Shown here piece after piece: positions 35,188 to 44,008 of a DNA stretch of 64,000 nucleotides (positions are counted from its first letter, which is position 1; every line of letters starts with the position of its first letter). A program made the translations under genes and the position numbers. The DNA comes from Clostridia bacterium (lineage in GTDB: Bacteria > Bacillota > Clostridia > Oscillospirales > CAG-272): positions 5,777-69,776 of the forward strand of contig CAAFYZ010000045.1 of assembly GCA_900767415.1 (NCBI GenBank), read 5' to 3'. The notes beneath the pieces are model-generated. The model was not told where the DNA came from. It worked only from the letters and a program-made list of their open reading frames with translations, and did no database searches.

Positions 35188-35757
35188 ATGCAGGATCTGA
35201 CAGAAACACGGCTGTCGAGAAGAGAGATTTTCGGCGGAAAAGTTCTTCACGTCGTGGAAGATACCGTCCGTCTGCCGAACGGCGAGACCGCCACGCGCGA
35301 GATCTGTCTTCACGTCGGCGCGGTATGCGTTCTTCCTCTCCTCCCCGACGGGCAGGTGCTGATGGAGCGGCAGTTCCGCTATGCGCACGGGCGCGTCTTC
35401 TTGGAGATTCCTGCGGGAAAACTGAATTTTGCCGGTGAGGACCCGCTCGAAGCCGCAAAGCGGGAGCTTCGCGAAGAGACGGGCGCCGTCGCGGGGAAAT
35501 ATACCTGCCTCGGCGGGCTTTGCACCTCGCCCGCTCTGATCGACGAGAAGATCACGATGTACCTTGCCGAAGACCTTACCTTCGGGGAACGCGCGCTCGA
35601 CGATGACGAATTCCTCGAGGTGGAGCGCGTCCCGCTCGATACGCTCTTCGATATGGTCATGCGCGGGGAGATCCGCGACGCGAAAACGCAGATCGCCGTG
35701 CTGAAAGTGCGCGAGATTCTTGAAATGCGAAAACACGCCGACAGCAAAAATAATTAA
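35188..35757 (+). CDS. nudF: ADP-ribose pyrophosphatase (NUDIX hydrolase)
   Basis: Nudix box GKLNFAGEDPLEAAKRELREETG. The overall layout resembles Bacillus NudF (IFGGKVLHVVEDTVRLPNG...). Confidence 0.85.
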   Translation: MQDLTETRLSRREIFGGKVLHVVEDTVRLPNGETATREICLHVGAVCVLPLLPDGQVLMERQFRYAHGRVFLEIPAGKLNFAGEDPLEAAKRELREETGAVAGKYTCLGGLCTSPALIDEKITMYLAEDLTFGERALDDDEFLEVERVPLDTLFDMVMRGEIRDAKTQIAVLKVREILEMRKHADSKNN

Positions 35758-35798
35758 AATGTAAATAATTGTTTGTAAATACGAAGAAGGAAAAAATC

Positions 35799-36440
35799 AT
35801 GAAATTCGGCAACTTCGCTGTCTTCGGTGACAGCTATTCGACCTTTGAAGGATATGTCCCTGCGGGGTATCTCTTCTGGTACGGACCGCACAAGGGCGTG
35901 GAAAACGGCGTTCTTACGGTAGAGCAGACCTGGTGGCACCCCATCGCGACCGCGGCGGGGAATCGCCTTCTTTTCAACAATAGTTATTCCGGCAGTACGA
36001 TCTGCAATACCTCTTACGAAAAACGTTACTGCCCCGACAGTTCCCTCGTCGGACGCATGAAGATTTTTGACGGGCACGCGGACGACCTCGACACTTTGTT
36101 CGTCTTCGCCGGGACGAACGATACGTGGGCTGGCTCTCCGCTCGGAGAACCGGTGGAAAAACCGTACGATGCGTACACCGACGACGAACTTCGCTGTGTC
36201 CTGCCCGCGGTGCATTGCCTGCTCGATTACCTGCGGGCAAAACTGCCGAAGACGCGCATCGTCCTTCTGATCAACGATTATCTCTCCGACCCGATCAAGG
36301 CGGCACTGCACCGCGGCGGGGAAGAATACGGGTGCGACGTCATCGACCTGCCCGACGTCTCACGCATCGACGGTCATCCCACGGCAGACGGTATGCGCGA
36401 GATCCGCGAGGCGATCTATGCGTATTACGAGAATCGCTGA
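35799..36440 (+). CDS. SGNH/GDSL family hydrolase
   Basis: Block I FGDSYS at the N-terminus, GTND, and C-terminal DGHPT (D-x-x-H). Confidence 0.7.
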   Translation: MKFGNFAVFGDSYSTFEGYVPAGYLFWYGPHKGVENGVLTVEQTWWHPIATAAGNRLLFNNSYSGSTICNTSYEKRYCPDSSLVGRMKIFDGHADDLDTLFVFAGTNDTWAGSPLGEPVEKPYDAYTDDELRCVLPAVHCLLDYLRAKLPKTRIVLLINDYLSDPIKAALHRGGEEYGCDVIDLPDVSRIDGHPTADGMREIREAIYAYYENR

Positions 36441-36487
36441 CCAAACAAAAAGCAAACGATGATAAATATAAAAAAGGAGTATAGATT

Positions 36488-38008
36488 ATGCAAATTTCGC
36501 AATACATCTCATACGGCGTCTACGCCGTCGCGGCACTCTGCGTTCTTATCGGTCTTTGCCGCGGTCTTTGCCGCGGGTTCGGAAAAGAGTTCTTCAGTCT
36601 TCTGACCCTCGCGCTTTCCGTCGTGGTGTCGTTCGTCGTCTGCACCCGCGCCTACCCGCAGGTACATGAGTATCTCGCCGGGAAGACGGTCGGTGCGCTC
36701 CTCGCCGAGACGCCGTGGCAGCTCACCGGCACCCTTGCCGAATCGCTGAACAAACTCAGCGTGGACACGGCAGAACTTGTGTTCGCGATACCGATTACGA
36801 TCGTGGCGCTTCCGATCGCTTTTGTCACCCTGACACTGCTTTTGCAGTTGATTCTCGGAATCCTTCGCCTGATTTTCGGTTTGATTTTCTTCCACGGGAA
36901 GAAAAGCGGCGCGAGCCGCCTCGGCGGTATGCTCCTCGGACTTGTGCGCGGCGGCGTGGTCGCGGCACTTCTGCTTTTCCCGCTTTCCGGTATGCTCTCT
37001 CTCGCAAAAGATTCGGTCGCCGTCGTGCGGAGCGAGGCGGGGGAAGACGCCGCCGTCCTCACCTATTATCGCGATTACGCCGAAGAGACCGCGGAGAGAA
37101 ACTTCCTGCCGTCTCTTGTCATGCAGGCGGGCGGCGAATATCTGTATTCCTCTCTTACCACCGTCAATCTCGACGGGCCGCGGCAGGATATGCGCGACTG
37201 CTTCAAAAATCTGATCGGCGCGACCTGTGATACCATGTCGCTCGGCGGCGCGGACTTTACCGCTCTGACCCCCGAGAACGAGGAGGCGGTGCGCTCTCTC
37301 GTCGGCCGTCTCGGCGAGAATCCCCAACTGGCAAAACTGGTGTCGGGACTTGCACGGGCGATCTCCGAGGCATCGGAGGGCGAGGGCTTCTCTCTGAATC
37401 TCGGCGATCCTTACGACGGGTTCGTCATCTCCTTCCTCAATATTTTCCGTGACAGCGACGCTACCAACATCGAGGGCGATATGCGCACGCTTTCCGAAGT
37501 GTATATTCTTCTCTCCGACAACGGCGTGCTTCCCGCATTCAAAGAAAACTCCGATGCCGTCGTCGAAAAACTGGTTCAAAAAGACGAAAACGGCACGACC
37601 GTCATCGCGAAGGTCATCGCCGAGCTCCGTGCCAACGAACGGACGAAACCCGTGGTCGACGAGCTGACGAAGTTCTCCGTCTCCCTGATGGCAGGACAGA
37701 TCGGGATGGACGGCGTGAGCGCGGAGACGTACGAGAGCGTCAAGACCGGCGTCAAGGACGTTCTCACCATCAAAAAGGACGGCAAGACCGACGAAGAATA
37801 CAAAGCCGAAGTCAAGAATACGCTGGACAAGACCCTGAAGGACAACGGCATTACCGTCCCCGACGATATCGCCGCCGAGATGGCACAGTACGTCGCCGAC
37901 AATTATGAGGACCTTCACCTCGAAAATGCCGAAGATATCGACGACGACAAGGTCAGCGACGTTCTGATCTCCTATTACGACGCGTATCTGAAATCTCTCA
38001 ATCCATAA
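36488..38008 (+). CDS. CvpA-like membrane protein with a long acidic C-terminal extension
   Basis: N-terminal TM helices with CRG-x-x-RGF-x-KE resemble CvpA family starts. The remaining ~330 aa are unassigned. AAGGAG RBS. Confidence 0.5.
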   Translation: MQISQYISYGVYAVAALCVLIGLCRGLCRGFGKEFFSLLTLALSVVVSFVVCTRAYPQVHEYLAGKTVGALLAETPWQLTGTLAESLNKLSVDTAELVFAIPITIVALPIAFVTLTLLLQLILGILRLIFGLIFFHGKKSGASRLGGMLLGLVRGGVVAALLLFPLSGMLSLAKDSVAVVRSEAGEDAAVLTYYRDYAEETAERNFLPSLVMQAGGEYLYSSLTTVNLDGPRQDMRDCFKNLIGATCDTMSLGGADFTALTPENEEAVRSLVGRLGENPQLAKLVSGLARAISEASEGEGFSLNLGDPYDGFVISFLNIFRDSDATNIEGDMRTLSEVYILLSDNGVLPAFKENSDAVVEKLVQKDENGTTVIAKVIAELRANERTKPVVDELTKFSVSLMAGQIGMDGVSAETYESVKTGVKDVLTIKKDGKTDEEYKAEVKNTLDKTLKDNGITVPDDIAAEMAQYVADNYEDLHLENAEDIDDDKVSDVLISYYDAYLKSLNP

Positions 38009-38018
38009 AAAGTCTCCG

Positions 38019-38055
38019 AAAAACGGCGGCGCGGAAATTCCGCGCCGCCGTTTTT
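38019..38055. terminator. intrinsic terminator 1 of a tandem pair
   Basis: AAAAACGGCGGCGCGGAA-a-TTCCGCGCCGCCGTTTTT. Confidence 0.85.
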
Positions 38056-38072
38056 GAAGAGCCGACAGAAAC

Positions 38073-38110
38073 AAAAGCCCGCCTCCGAGATTCCCGGAGG
38101 CGGGCTTTTT
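38073..38110. terminator. intrinsic terminator 2 of a tandem pair
   Basis: AAAAGCCCGCCTCCG-agattcc-CGGAGGCGGGCTTTTT. Confidence 0.85.
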
Positions 38111-38200
38111 GGTAAAGGCAGTCTTGCTCCGACCGTTTTGAACGGGATGAAAATTGAATCCTTTGCTTCCGAGCCGATAAATCGAGATTTTGCAATAGTA

Positions 38201-38229
38201 TTGACAAATGCAACGATTTCCATTATAAT
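38201..38229 (+). promoter_or_regulatory. promoter of the LRR lipoprotein gene
   Basis: Perfect TTGACA (38201-38206), 17 bp, TATAAT (38224-38229). Confidence 0.75.
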
Positions 38230-38286
38230 TATAATAGAAGAAAATTCATGAAACCATGTTTGGTTTGGCTTTGAAAGGAAAACACG

Positions 38287-41200
38287 ATGAAACGAATGTA
38301 CCGGCTTTTTCTCCCCGTTTTCTTCGGGATCATCCTGCTTTTTGTACTTTCGTCCTGCACTGAATGCGTAGAACATACCTACGGCGCTCCCGTCGTCGAT
38401 CGCGAGGCGACCGAGACCGCCCCGGGTGAACAGCACCGTATCTGTATCAAGTGCGGAGCGCGGGTGACCGAAGAAATACCGAAACTTCCGCATACGCATA
38501 CATACGCCACCGAGTGGACGGAGGACGATACCTATCATTGGCATTCATCGACTTGTGGGCATGAAGGCGAGGTTTCGGAGAAGGCAGAGCACATCTACGG
38601 AGAATTCGTGACCGATTGCGCTCCGACAGAAGAAGAATACGGACAGGTACACCGCGATTGCACTGTCTGCGGAAGAAGAGAGACATCGAGACTTTCGAAA
38701 CTTCCGCATACTCATAAATTTGAAGCAAACTGGTCGAGTGACGATACCTATCACTGGCACGCATCGATCTGCGGTCATGAGACGGAGGTGTCCGGCAAGG
38801 CAAAGCACACTTACCGGGGCGGTACTTGCACGGTATGCGGAGCGGAAGAACCATGGATTCCGCCGACATCTCACGAACATACTTATTCGGACGAGTGGTC
38901 AAGCGATGATACCTGCCATTGGCATACATCGACGTGCGAACACATAACGGAGACTTCCGGCATGGCAGAGCACACATACGGTGATTGGGTGATCGATAGC
39001 GAACCGACCGAGACGGAGACCGGTGCAAAGCACAGGGTGTGTACCGTTTGCACATACACACAGCGTGTCAGCATTCCGCAACTTCCCCACACGCATAAAT
39101 ATGAGACGGCGTGGTCGTGTGACGACACCTATCACTGGCACGCTTCGGCGTGCGGACATACCGACGTGATTTCGGCGAAGGGAGAACATGATTATCGGGA
39201 AGGATTTTGCACGGTATGCGGGGCGAAGGAACCGCTCCCGGAAGAACGGTTGCAATATATCCTGTCCGACGAGAAAAATTCCTATCTTGTGGCAGGGGTC
39301 GGAAGTTTTACCGGAGAGGAGGTATCGATTCCCTCCGTCTACAAAGGATTGCCGGTGGCAGGTATCGGGCGTCGTGCGTTTCTGAATTGCGCGAATCTCG
39401 AAAGGATCACAATCCCAGCAAGCGTGACGGCGATCGGAGAAGAGGCGTTCAAAGATTGTCTGAATCTTCAATCTGTGATCTTCTCCGAAAAATCCGTTTG
39501 CTCACGCATTTCAGCGGGTGTATTCAGCGGCTGTGCGAATCTTTCCGACATTGTGCTACCGTCAGGCGTGAAGATTATCGGGGGATACGCATTCCGCGAT
39601 TGTACGAGTCTCGGAAGTATTACCATCCCCGAAAAGGTCACATATATCGAATGGTGGGCATTTTCCGGGTGCGAAGCTCTTCGGACGGTGACCTTTGCCG
39701 GGGAATCCGCGTGCTCCGTCATCGATGAGTTCGCATTCGACGGTTGTGTGAATCTTTCAGGGATTGCGCTTCCGTCAGGTGTGACGAAAATAAAAGAGTC
39801 TACATTCCGAAATTGTCATGCCCTTACGGTGATCACGATTCCGGAAGGGGTTACGAGCATCCGTTCTTCTGCGTTTTACGGGTGTGCTGCCCTTCGGTAC
39901 AATGAATACGGGAACGCCTGCTACATAGGAAACAGTGAAAACCCGTATGTGGCATTGATCAAGAGCAAGACCGCCGACATTTCCGATTGCCGGATGCATG
40001 AAAATACGAAGATCATTGCCGACTCCGCATTCTGCGGGTGCGCTTCACTTTCGGAGATTACCCTATCCGAGCGTTTGCAGAACATCGGTACGCTTGCTTT
40101 TGAAGGATGCACGAGCATTGAAAATATCAAGGTACCGCAGAGTGTAACGGAAATCGGAAAATCCGCATTCTCGGGTTGCACGAGTCTCGCGGATATGACG
40201 CTTCCGTTCGTCGGCTGGAAAGCGGAAGAAACGAGAAATGCATATCTCGGCTATCTTTTCGGCGCCGAAACTGCTTTTGAAAATGCAACATATGTCCCCG
40301 AAAGTTTGAAAAATGTTACGATCACCGCGGGAACCGCCATCGGTGCTTTTGCATTCAGAGGATGCAGCAATCTTGAAAAAGTCACAATTCCGAACAGCGT
40401 AGGAGAAATTTTGAACAGCGCCTTTATCCATTGTTCAAAACTTCGGACGGTCCTGTTCGGAGAAGAATCCGAATGTACAACGATCGGCTCCTCGGCATTC
40501 GAAGGGTGCACGGAACTTAGGGAGATTACCTTCCCGGCGGGAATCGTCACCATTGGTTCTTTGGCGTTCGGGGATTGCACGGGACTGACGGCCGTCACGC
40601 TCCCGGAAGGGATCAGAAAGATTTTCGCTTCGTCATTCGAAGGGTGTACGAACCTGATCTATTATGAATACGATAATGCTTATTATCTCGGAACCGCCGA
40701 AAACGACTATCTTGTTTTGATGATGGGAAAAAACAGCAAGATCACATCCTGCAGAGTCCACGAAAAAACAAAGGTGATTGCCGGGAGTGCTTTCTCGGGG
40801 TTCGGGAGTCTTACGGGCATCACGATACCGGACAGTGTCACCGCCATCGGAGACCATGCGTTTTATGGGTGTATCAAACTCATTGAAGTCGTCAACAAAG
40901 CATATCTTGCCATCCGAGCAGGGAGCACGGAGTACGGGGATATCGGATACTATGCAAAACATATCGCTGCAAGGGAAGAAGAGAGTTATCTTTCCGTCGA
41001 CGAAAACGGTTACATTTTCTACGACGACCAACGGAAGGTATATCTGTTAGGATACGGCGGTGAGGATACGGAACTCATTCTTCCCGAGCGGTCGCCAACC
41101 GGGAAGACATATCGTCTGTATCCGAATGCGTTTGCCGACCGCGAAAATCTGAAATACAATGAATATGACAACGCCTGTTATCTCGGAAGCCGCACGAATC

Positions 41201-43860
41201 CGTATTTCGCGTTGATAAAGAGCAAGAGCACAGAGATCACCTCTTGCCGGATTCACGAAAATACAAAGCAGATTTTCGACGAGGCGTTCGCGAACTGCCA
41301 AAACCTGACGGAGATTATGATCCCGGCGGGAGTGACGACCATCGGAAAATCTGCGTTCGAGAATTGTCGGAGCATTGTGGCGGTCACGCTCCCCGAGGGC
41401 GTGACGGAGATCGGCGATTCCGCATTTGAAAATTGTTATGCACTTACGGAGATTACGATTCCGGAAGGTGTCACGAGCATCGGCAATCGGCTGTTTGCTT
41501 CCTGTCGGAATCTTACGAGGGTCACTCTGCCCGAAAGTGTGACGAGCATCAACCCTGAAGCATTCGGGGGGTGTACCGCCCTTCAATACAACGAATACGA
41601 TAATGCCTGCTATCTCGGAAGTAAGGGGAATCCGTATCTTGTTTTGATGAAGAGCAAGAGCCGCGACATTTCTACCTGTCGGATTCATGAAAATGCAAGG
41701 ATTATTGTCAACTCTGCATTCTGGGAGTGCGCGAGCCTTACGGACATCACGATTCCGAAAAACATTCGGAGCATTGAAGCAAGTGCATTCTCATTCTGCC
41801 ACGGACTTCGCTCCGTAACTTTTGAGAAAGATTCTCTTTGCACAAGCATTTTTGGATATGCATTCAATGGTTGCACAGGGCTTACGGAAATTGTCCTTCC
41901 GGGAAGTGTTGCCTATGTCGGTATCGGCGTTTTCGCCGGTTGTACGGGTCTTGAAAGCATTACGGTGCCGTTTATCGGCGAGACGAAGGATGGCGAAAGC
42001 AATACACACTTCGGCTACCTCTTCGGTCGCGATGATATCCAATATCATGGATATGCCGTTCCTGCCACCTTAAAAACCGTCGTCATAATCGGCGGTACGA
42101 GGATTACCGATTTTGCGTTCGACGGGTGTCGGAACCTTGAAACCATCCTTCTTCCGGAGGAGATCGTCTACATCGGTGCTCACGCATTCGACGGGTGTAC
42201 CGCTCTGAAGTACAACGAATACGGCAACGCTTATTATCTCGGAAGCGTGGGAAATCCGTATTTTGCTCTGATGCGGTGTGAGAATACGGCGATCTCCTGT
42301 CGGATCCACAAAGACATGGGGTGGATCCGTTCCAACGCATTTTTAGAGTGTCGGGAACTTGTGCGCATTACGATTCCGCAAGGTATCACCGGTTTCGGAA
42401 GCAATGAATACATGTTCAATAACTGCTATAAACTGGTCGAAGTCGTCAATGCTTCTTCCATGAATATTGTGGCGGGAAGCCGAGATTTCGGCCATGTGGG
42501 ATATTATGCAAAGCATATCATCGGAAGAGAAGAGGACAGTTATCTTACCGTTGACAAAAACGGATACATCTTCTATGACGACGGTACGGATGTGTATCTT
42601 TTGGGATATAGCGGGACAGAGACGGAACTGACCCTTCCCGAACGGTCACCGAAAGGGAAAAAATATCAGATCGGCGAATATGCGTTCTACTGTCGATTCG
42701 ATCTGACGGCAATTTCCGTGTCACAAGGGGTTGGGGAGATCGGGGCGCATGCATTTTCATACTGTACCAATCTCCGACGCATCACGATTTCGGAGAATGT
42801 TATGAGAATCGGCTACGGCGCGTTTTTGGAGTGCGCGGCTCTGGAAGCCGTCTTTGTTTCTGATCTCGCCGCTTGGTGCGCAATAGAGTTCAATGTTGAC
42901 TACAACAATCCGCTTTCCTATGCGCATCATCTTTATGTTGACGGGACACTTGTCATTGACCTCGTCATTCCCGACGGCGTTACCAAGATCGGCGCTTATA
43001 CATTTTACGGTTGCACGGACTTGCAGAGCATTACGATTCCGACGAGCGTGACCGCTATCGGTATGTATGCGTTTTCCGGCTGTACAAACCTTACGAGCAT
43101 GACGCTTCCGTTTGTCGGTGAGAAAGCGGATGGGACAGGAGAGACACACTTCGGCTATCTCTTCGGCGCCGCTACTTCTTCCGACAACGCGGCATATCTT
43201 CCGGGAAGCCTGCGGAAGGTAACCGTCCTCGGCACTGCCGCCGTCGGAACATCCGCATTCGCCGGTTGCGCGGGACTGACGGAAATTCTTCTGAAAGAAG
43301 GGGTCTGCGCTATCGGAGAATCGGCATTCGAAGGATGCATAGGACTTACGGATATGGTCGTCCCGGTGAGTGTGACGGAAATCGGAAAATCCGCATTTGC
43401 GGGTTGCACGAACCTTACGAGCATGACGCTTCCGTTCGTCGGCAGGAAAGCAGACGGGACGGGAGAGACACACTTCGGCTATCTTTTCGGTGCCGCCACC
43501 TACTCCGGGAATACGGCATATATCCCGGAAAATCTGAAGACTGTGACACTTGTCGGGGATACGGTCATCGACAATTCGGCATTCTACGGTTGTACAAATC
43601 TTGAGAGCGTCAGAGTTTCGACAGGTGTCACGAGCATCGGCGACGGCGCGTTTGCCGGCTGCACGGGTCTTAAAAGCATATGGATTTCGTTCGATGTCAC
43701 ATACATCGGCATCGGTGTGTTTTACGCCGACGCCGGACTTTCCGAAATCCGTTACGAAGGATCGCGGGATGCGTGGGATACCATGGAAAAAGCAGACGGT
43801 TGGAACAGCACAATGGGAACATATCGCATTCTATATAACTGCAGCGACGAAACTTTTTAA
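38287..43860 (+). CDS. giant BspA-type leucine-rich-repeat (LRR_5-like) surface lipoprotein with an N-terminal Cys/His-rich tandem-repeat region
   Basis: Lipobox ILLFVLSS|C. Dozens of ~23-aa repeats of the form (I/L)xIPxSVTxIGxxAFxGCxxL, characteristic of BspA-like LRRs. N-terminal four-fold repeat ...PHTHxY...DDTYHWHxxxCGH.... Confidence 0.8.
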   Translation: MKRMYRLFLPVFFGIILLFVLSSCTECVEHTYGAPVVDREATETAPGEQHRICIKCGARVTEEIPKLPHTHTYATEWTEDDTYHWHSSTCGHEGEVSEKAEHIYGEFVTDCAPTEEEYGQVHRDCTVCGRRETSRLSKLPHTHKFEANWSSDDTYHWHASICGHETEVSGKAKHTYRGGTCTVCGAEEPWIPPTSHEHTYSDEWSSDDTCHWHTSTCEHITETSGMAEHTYGDWVIDSEPTETETGAKHRVCTVCTYTQRVSIPQLPHTHKYETAWSCDDTYHWHASACGHTDVISAKGEHDYREGFCTVCGAKEPLPEERLQYILSDEKNSYLVAGVGSFTGEEVSIPSVYKGLPVAGIGRRAFLNCANLERITIPASVTAIGEEAFKDCLNLQSVIFSEKSVCSRISAGVFSGCANLSDIVLPSGVKIIGGYAFRDCTSLGSITIPEKVTYIEWWAFSGCEALRTVTFAGESACSVIDEFAFDGCVNLSGIALPSGVTKIKESTFRNCHALTVITIPEGVTSIRSSAFYGCAALRYNEYGNACYIGNSENPYVALIKSKTADISDCRMHENTKIIADSAFCGCASLSEITLSERLQNIGTLAFEGCTSIENIKVPQSVTEIGKSAFSGCTSLADMTLPFVGWKAEETRNAYLGYLFGAETAFENATYVPESLKNVTITAGTAIGAFAFRGCSNLEKVTIPNSVGEILNSAFIHCSKLRTVLFGEESECTTIGSSAFEGCTELREITFPAGIVTIGSLAFGDCTGLTAVTLPEGIRKIFASSFEGCTNLIYYEYDNAYYLGTAENDYLVLMMGKNSKITSCRVHEKTKVIAGSAFSGFGSLTGITIPDSVTAIGDHAFYGCIKLIEVVNKAYLAIRAGSTEYGDIGYYAKHIAAREEESYLSVDENGYIFYDDQRKVYLLGYGGEDTELILPERSPTGKTYRLYPNAFADRENLKYNEYDNACYLGSRTNPYFALIKSKSTEITSCRIHENTKQIFDEAFANCQNLTEIMIPAGVTTIGKSAFENCRSIVAVTLPEGVTEIGDSAFENCYALTEITIPEGVTSIGNRLFASCRNLTRVTLPESVTSINPEAFGGCTALQYNEYDNACYLGSKGNPYLVLMKSKSRDISTCRIHENARIIVNSAFWECASLTDITIPKNIRSIEASAFSFCHGLRSVTFEKDSLCTSIFGYAFNGCTGLTEIVLPGSVAYVGIGVFAGCTGLESITVPFIGETKDGESNTHFGYLFGRDDIQYHGYAVPATLKTVVIIGGTRITDFAFDGCRNLETILLPEEIVYIGAHAFDGCTALKYNEYGNAYYLGSVGNPYFALMRCENTAISCRIHKDMGWIRSNAFLECRELVRITIPQGITGFGSNEYMFNNCYKLVEVVNASSMNIVAGSRDFGHVGYYAKHIIGREEDSYLTVDKNGYIFYDDGTDVYLLGYSGTETELTLPERSPKGKKYQIGEYAFYCRFDLTAISVSQGVGEIGAHAFSYCTNLRRITISENVMRIGYGAFLECAALEAVFVSDLAAWCAIEFNVDYNNPLSYAHHLYVDGTLVIDLVIPDGVTKIGAYTFYGCTDLQSITIPTSVTAIGMYAFSGCTNLTSMTLPFVGEKADGTGETHFGYLFGAATSSDNAAYLPGSLRKVTVLGTAAVGTSAFAGCAGLTEILLKEGVCAIGESAFEGCIGLTDMVVPVSVTEIGKSAFAGCTNLTSMTLPFVGRKADGTGETHFGYLFGAATYSGNTAYIPENLKTVTLVGDTVIDNSAFYGCTNLESVRVSTGVTSIGDGAFAGCTGLKSIWISFDVTYIGIGVFYADAGLSEIRYEGSRDAWDTMEKADGWNSTMGTYRILYNCSDETF
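38365..39280 (+). repeat. four tandem copies of a bipartite Cys/His-rich coding module
   Basis: Alternating H-x-YG-x-(W/F)V-x-D-x2-PTE-x3-G-x2-HR-x-C-x2-CG and LPHTH-x-(Y/F)-x3-W-x2-DDT(Y/C)HWH-x-S-x-C(G/E)H-x6-S-x-KAEH units. Confidence 0.75.
43081..43529 (+). repeat. ~125-nt imperfect direct repeat inside the LRR gene, at 43081-43205 and 43405-43529
   Basis: TG(T/C)AC(A/G)AACCTTACGAGCATGACGCTTCCGTT(T/C)GTCGG...GAGAGACACACTTCGGCTATCT(C/T)TTCGG recurs exactly 324 nt (108 codons) apart. Confidence 0.8.
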
Positions 43861-43941
43861 GCAAGAAAAAAGCATTGAGCGGCAGTTTCTGCATCGGATA
43901 TGTCATATATTGTAAACTTTTATTTCCTTTTAGCACAAACA

Positions 43942-43982
43942 GAAAAGTTGCCCCTGCTTGTATGAGCAGGGGCAACTTTTTG
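43942..43982. terminator. bidirectional intrinsic terminator between the LRR gene and pheT
   Basis: AAAAGTTGCCCCTGCT-tgtatg-AGCAGGGGCAACTTTTT. Confidence 0.85.
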
Positions 43983-44008
43983 AAAAATTCCGGTATATCT
44001 TTGAAATT

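Noticed and set aside
38054-38251. 65-aa ORF between the CvpA-like and LRR genes.
   Set aside because: It is composed of the second terminator hairpin and the LRR promoter boxes (for example, ...LTNATISIIIII is the TTGACA-N17-TATAAT region), so it is not plausibly coding.
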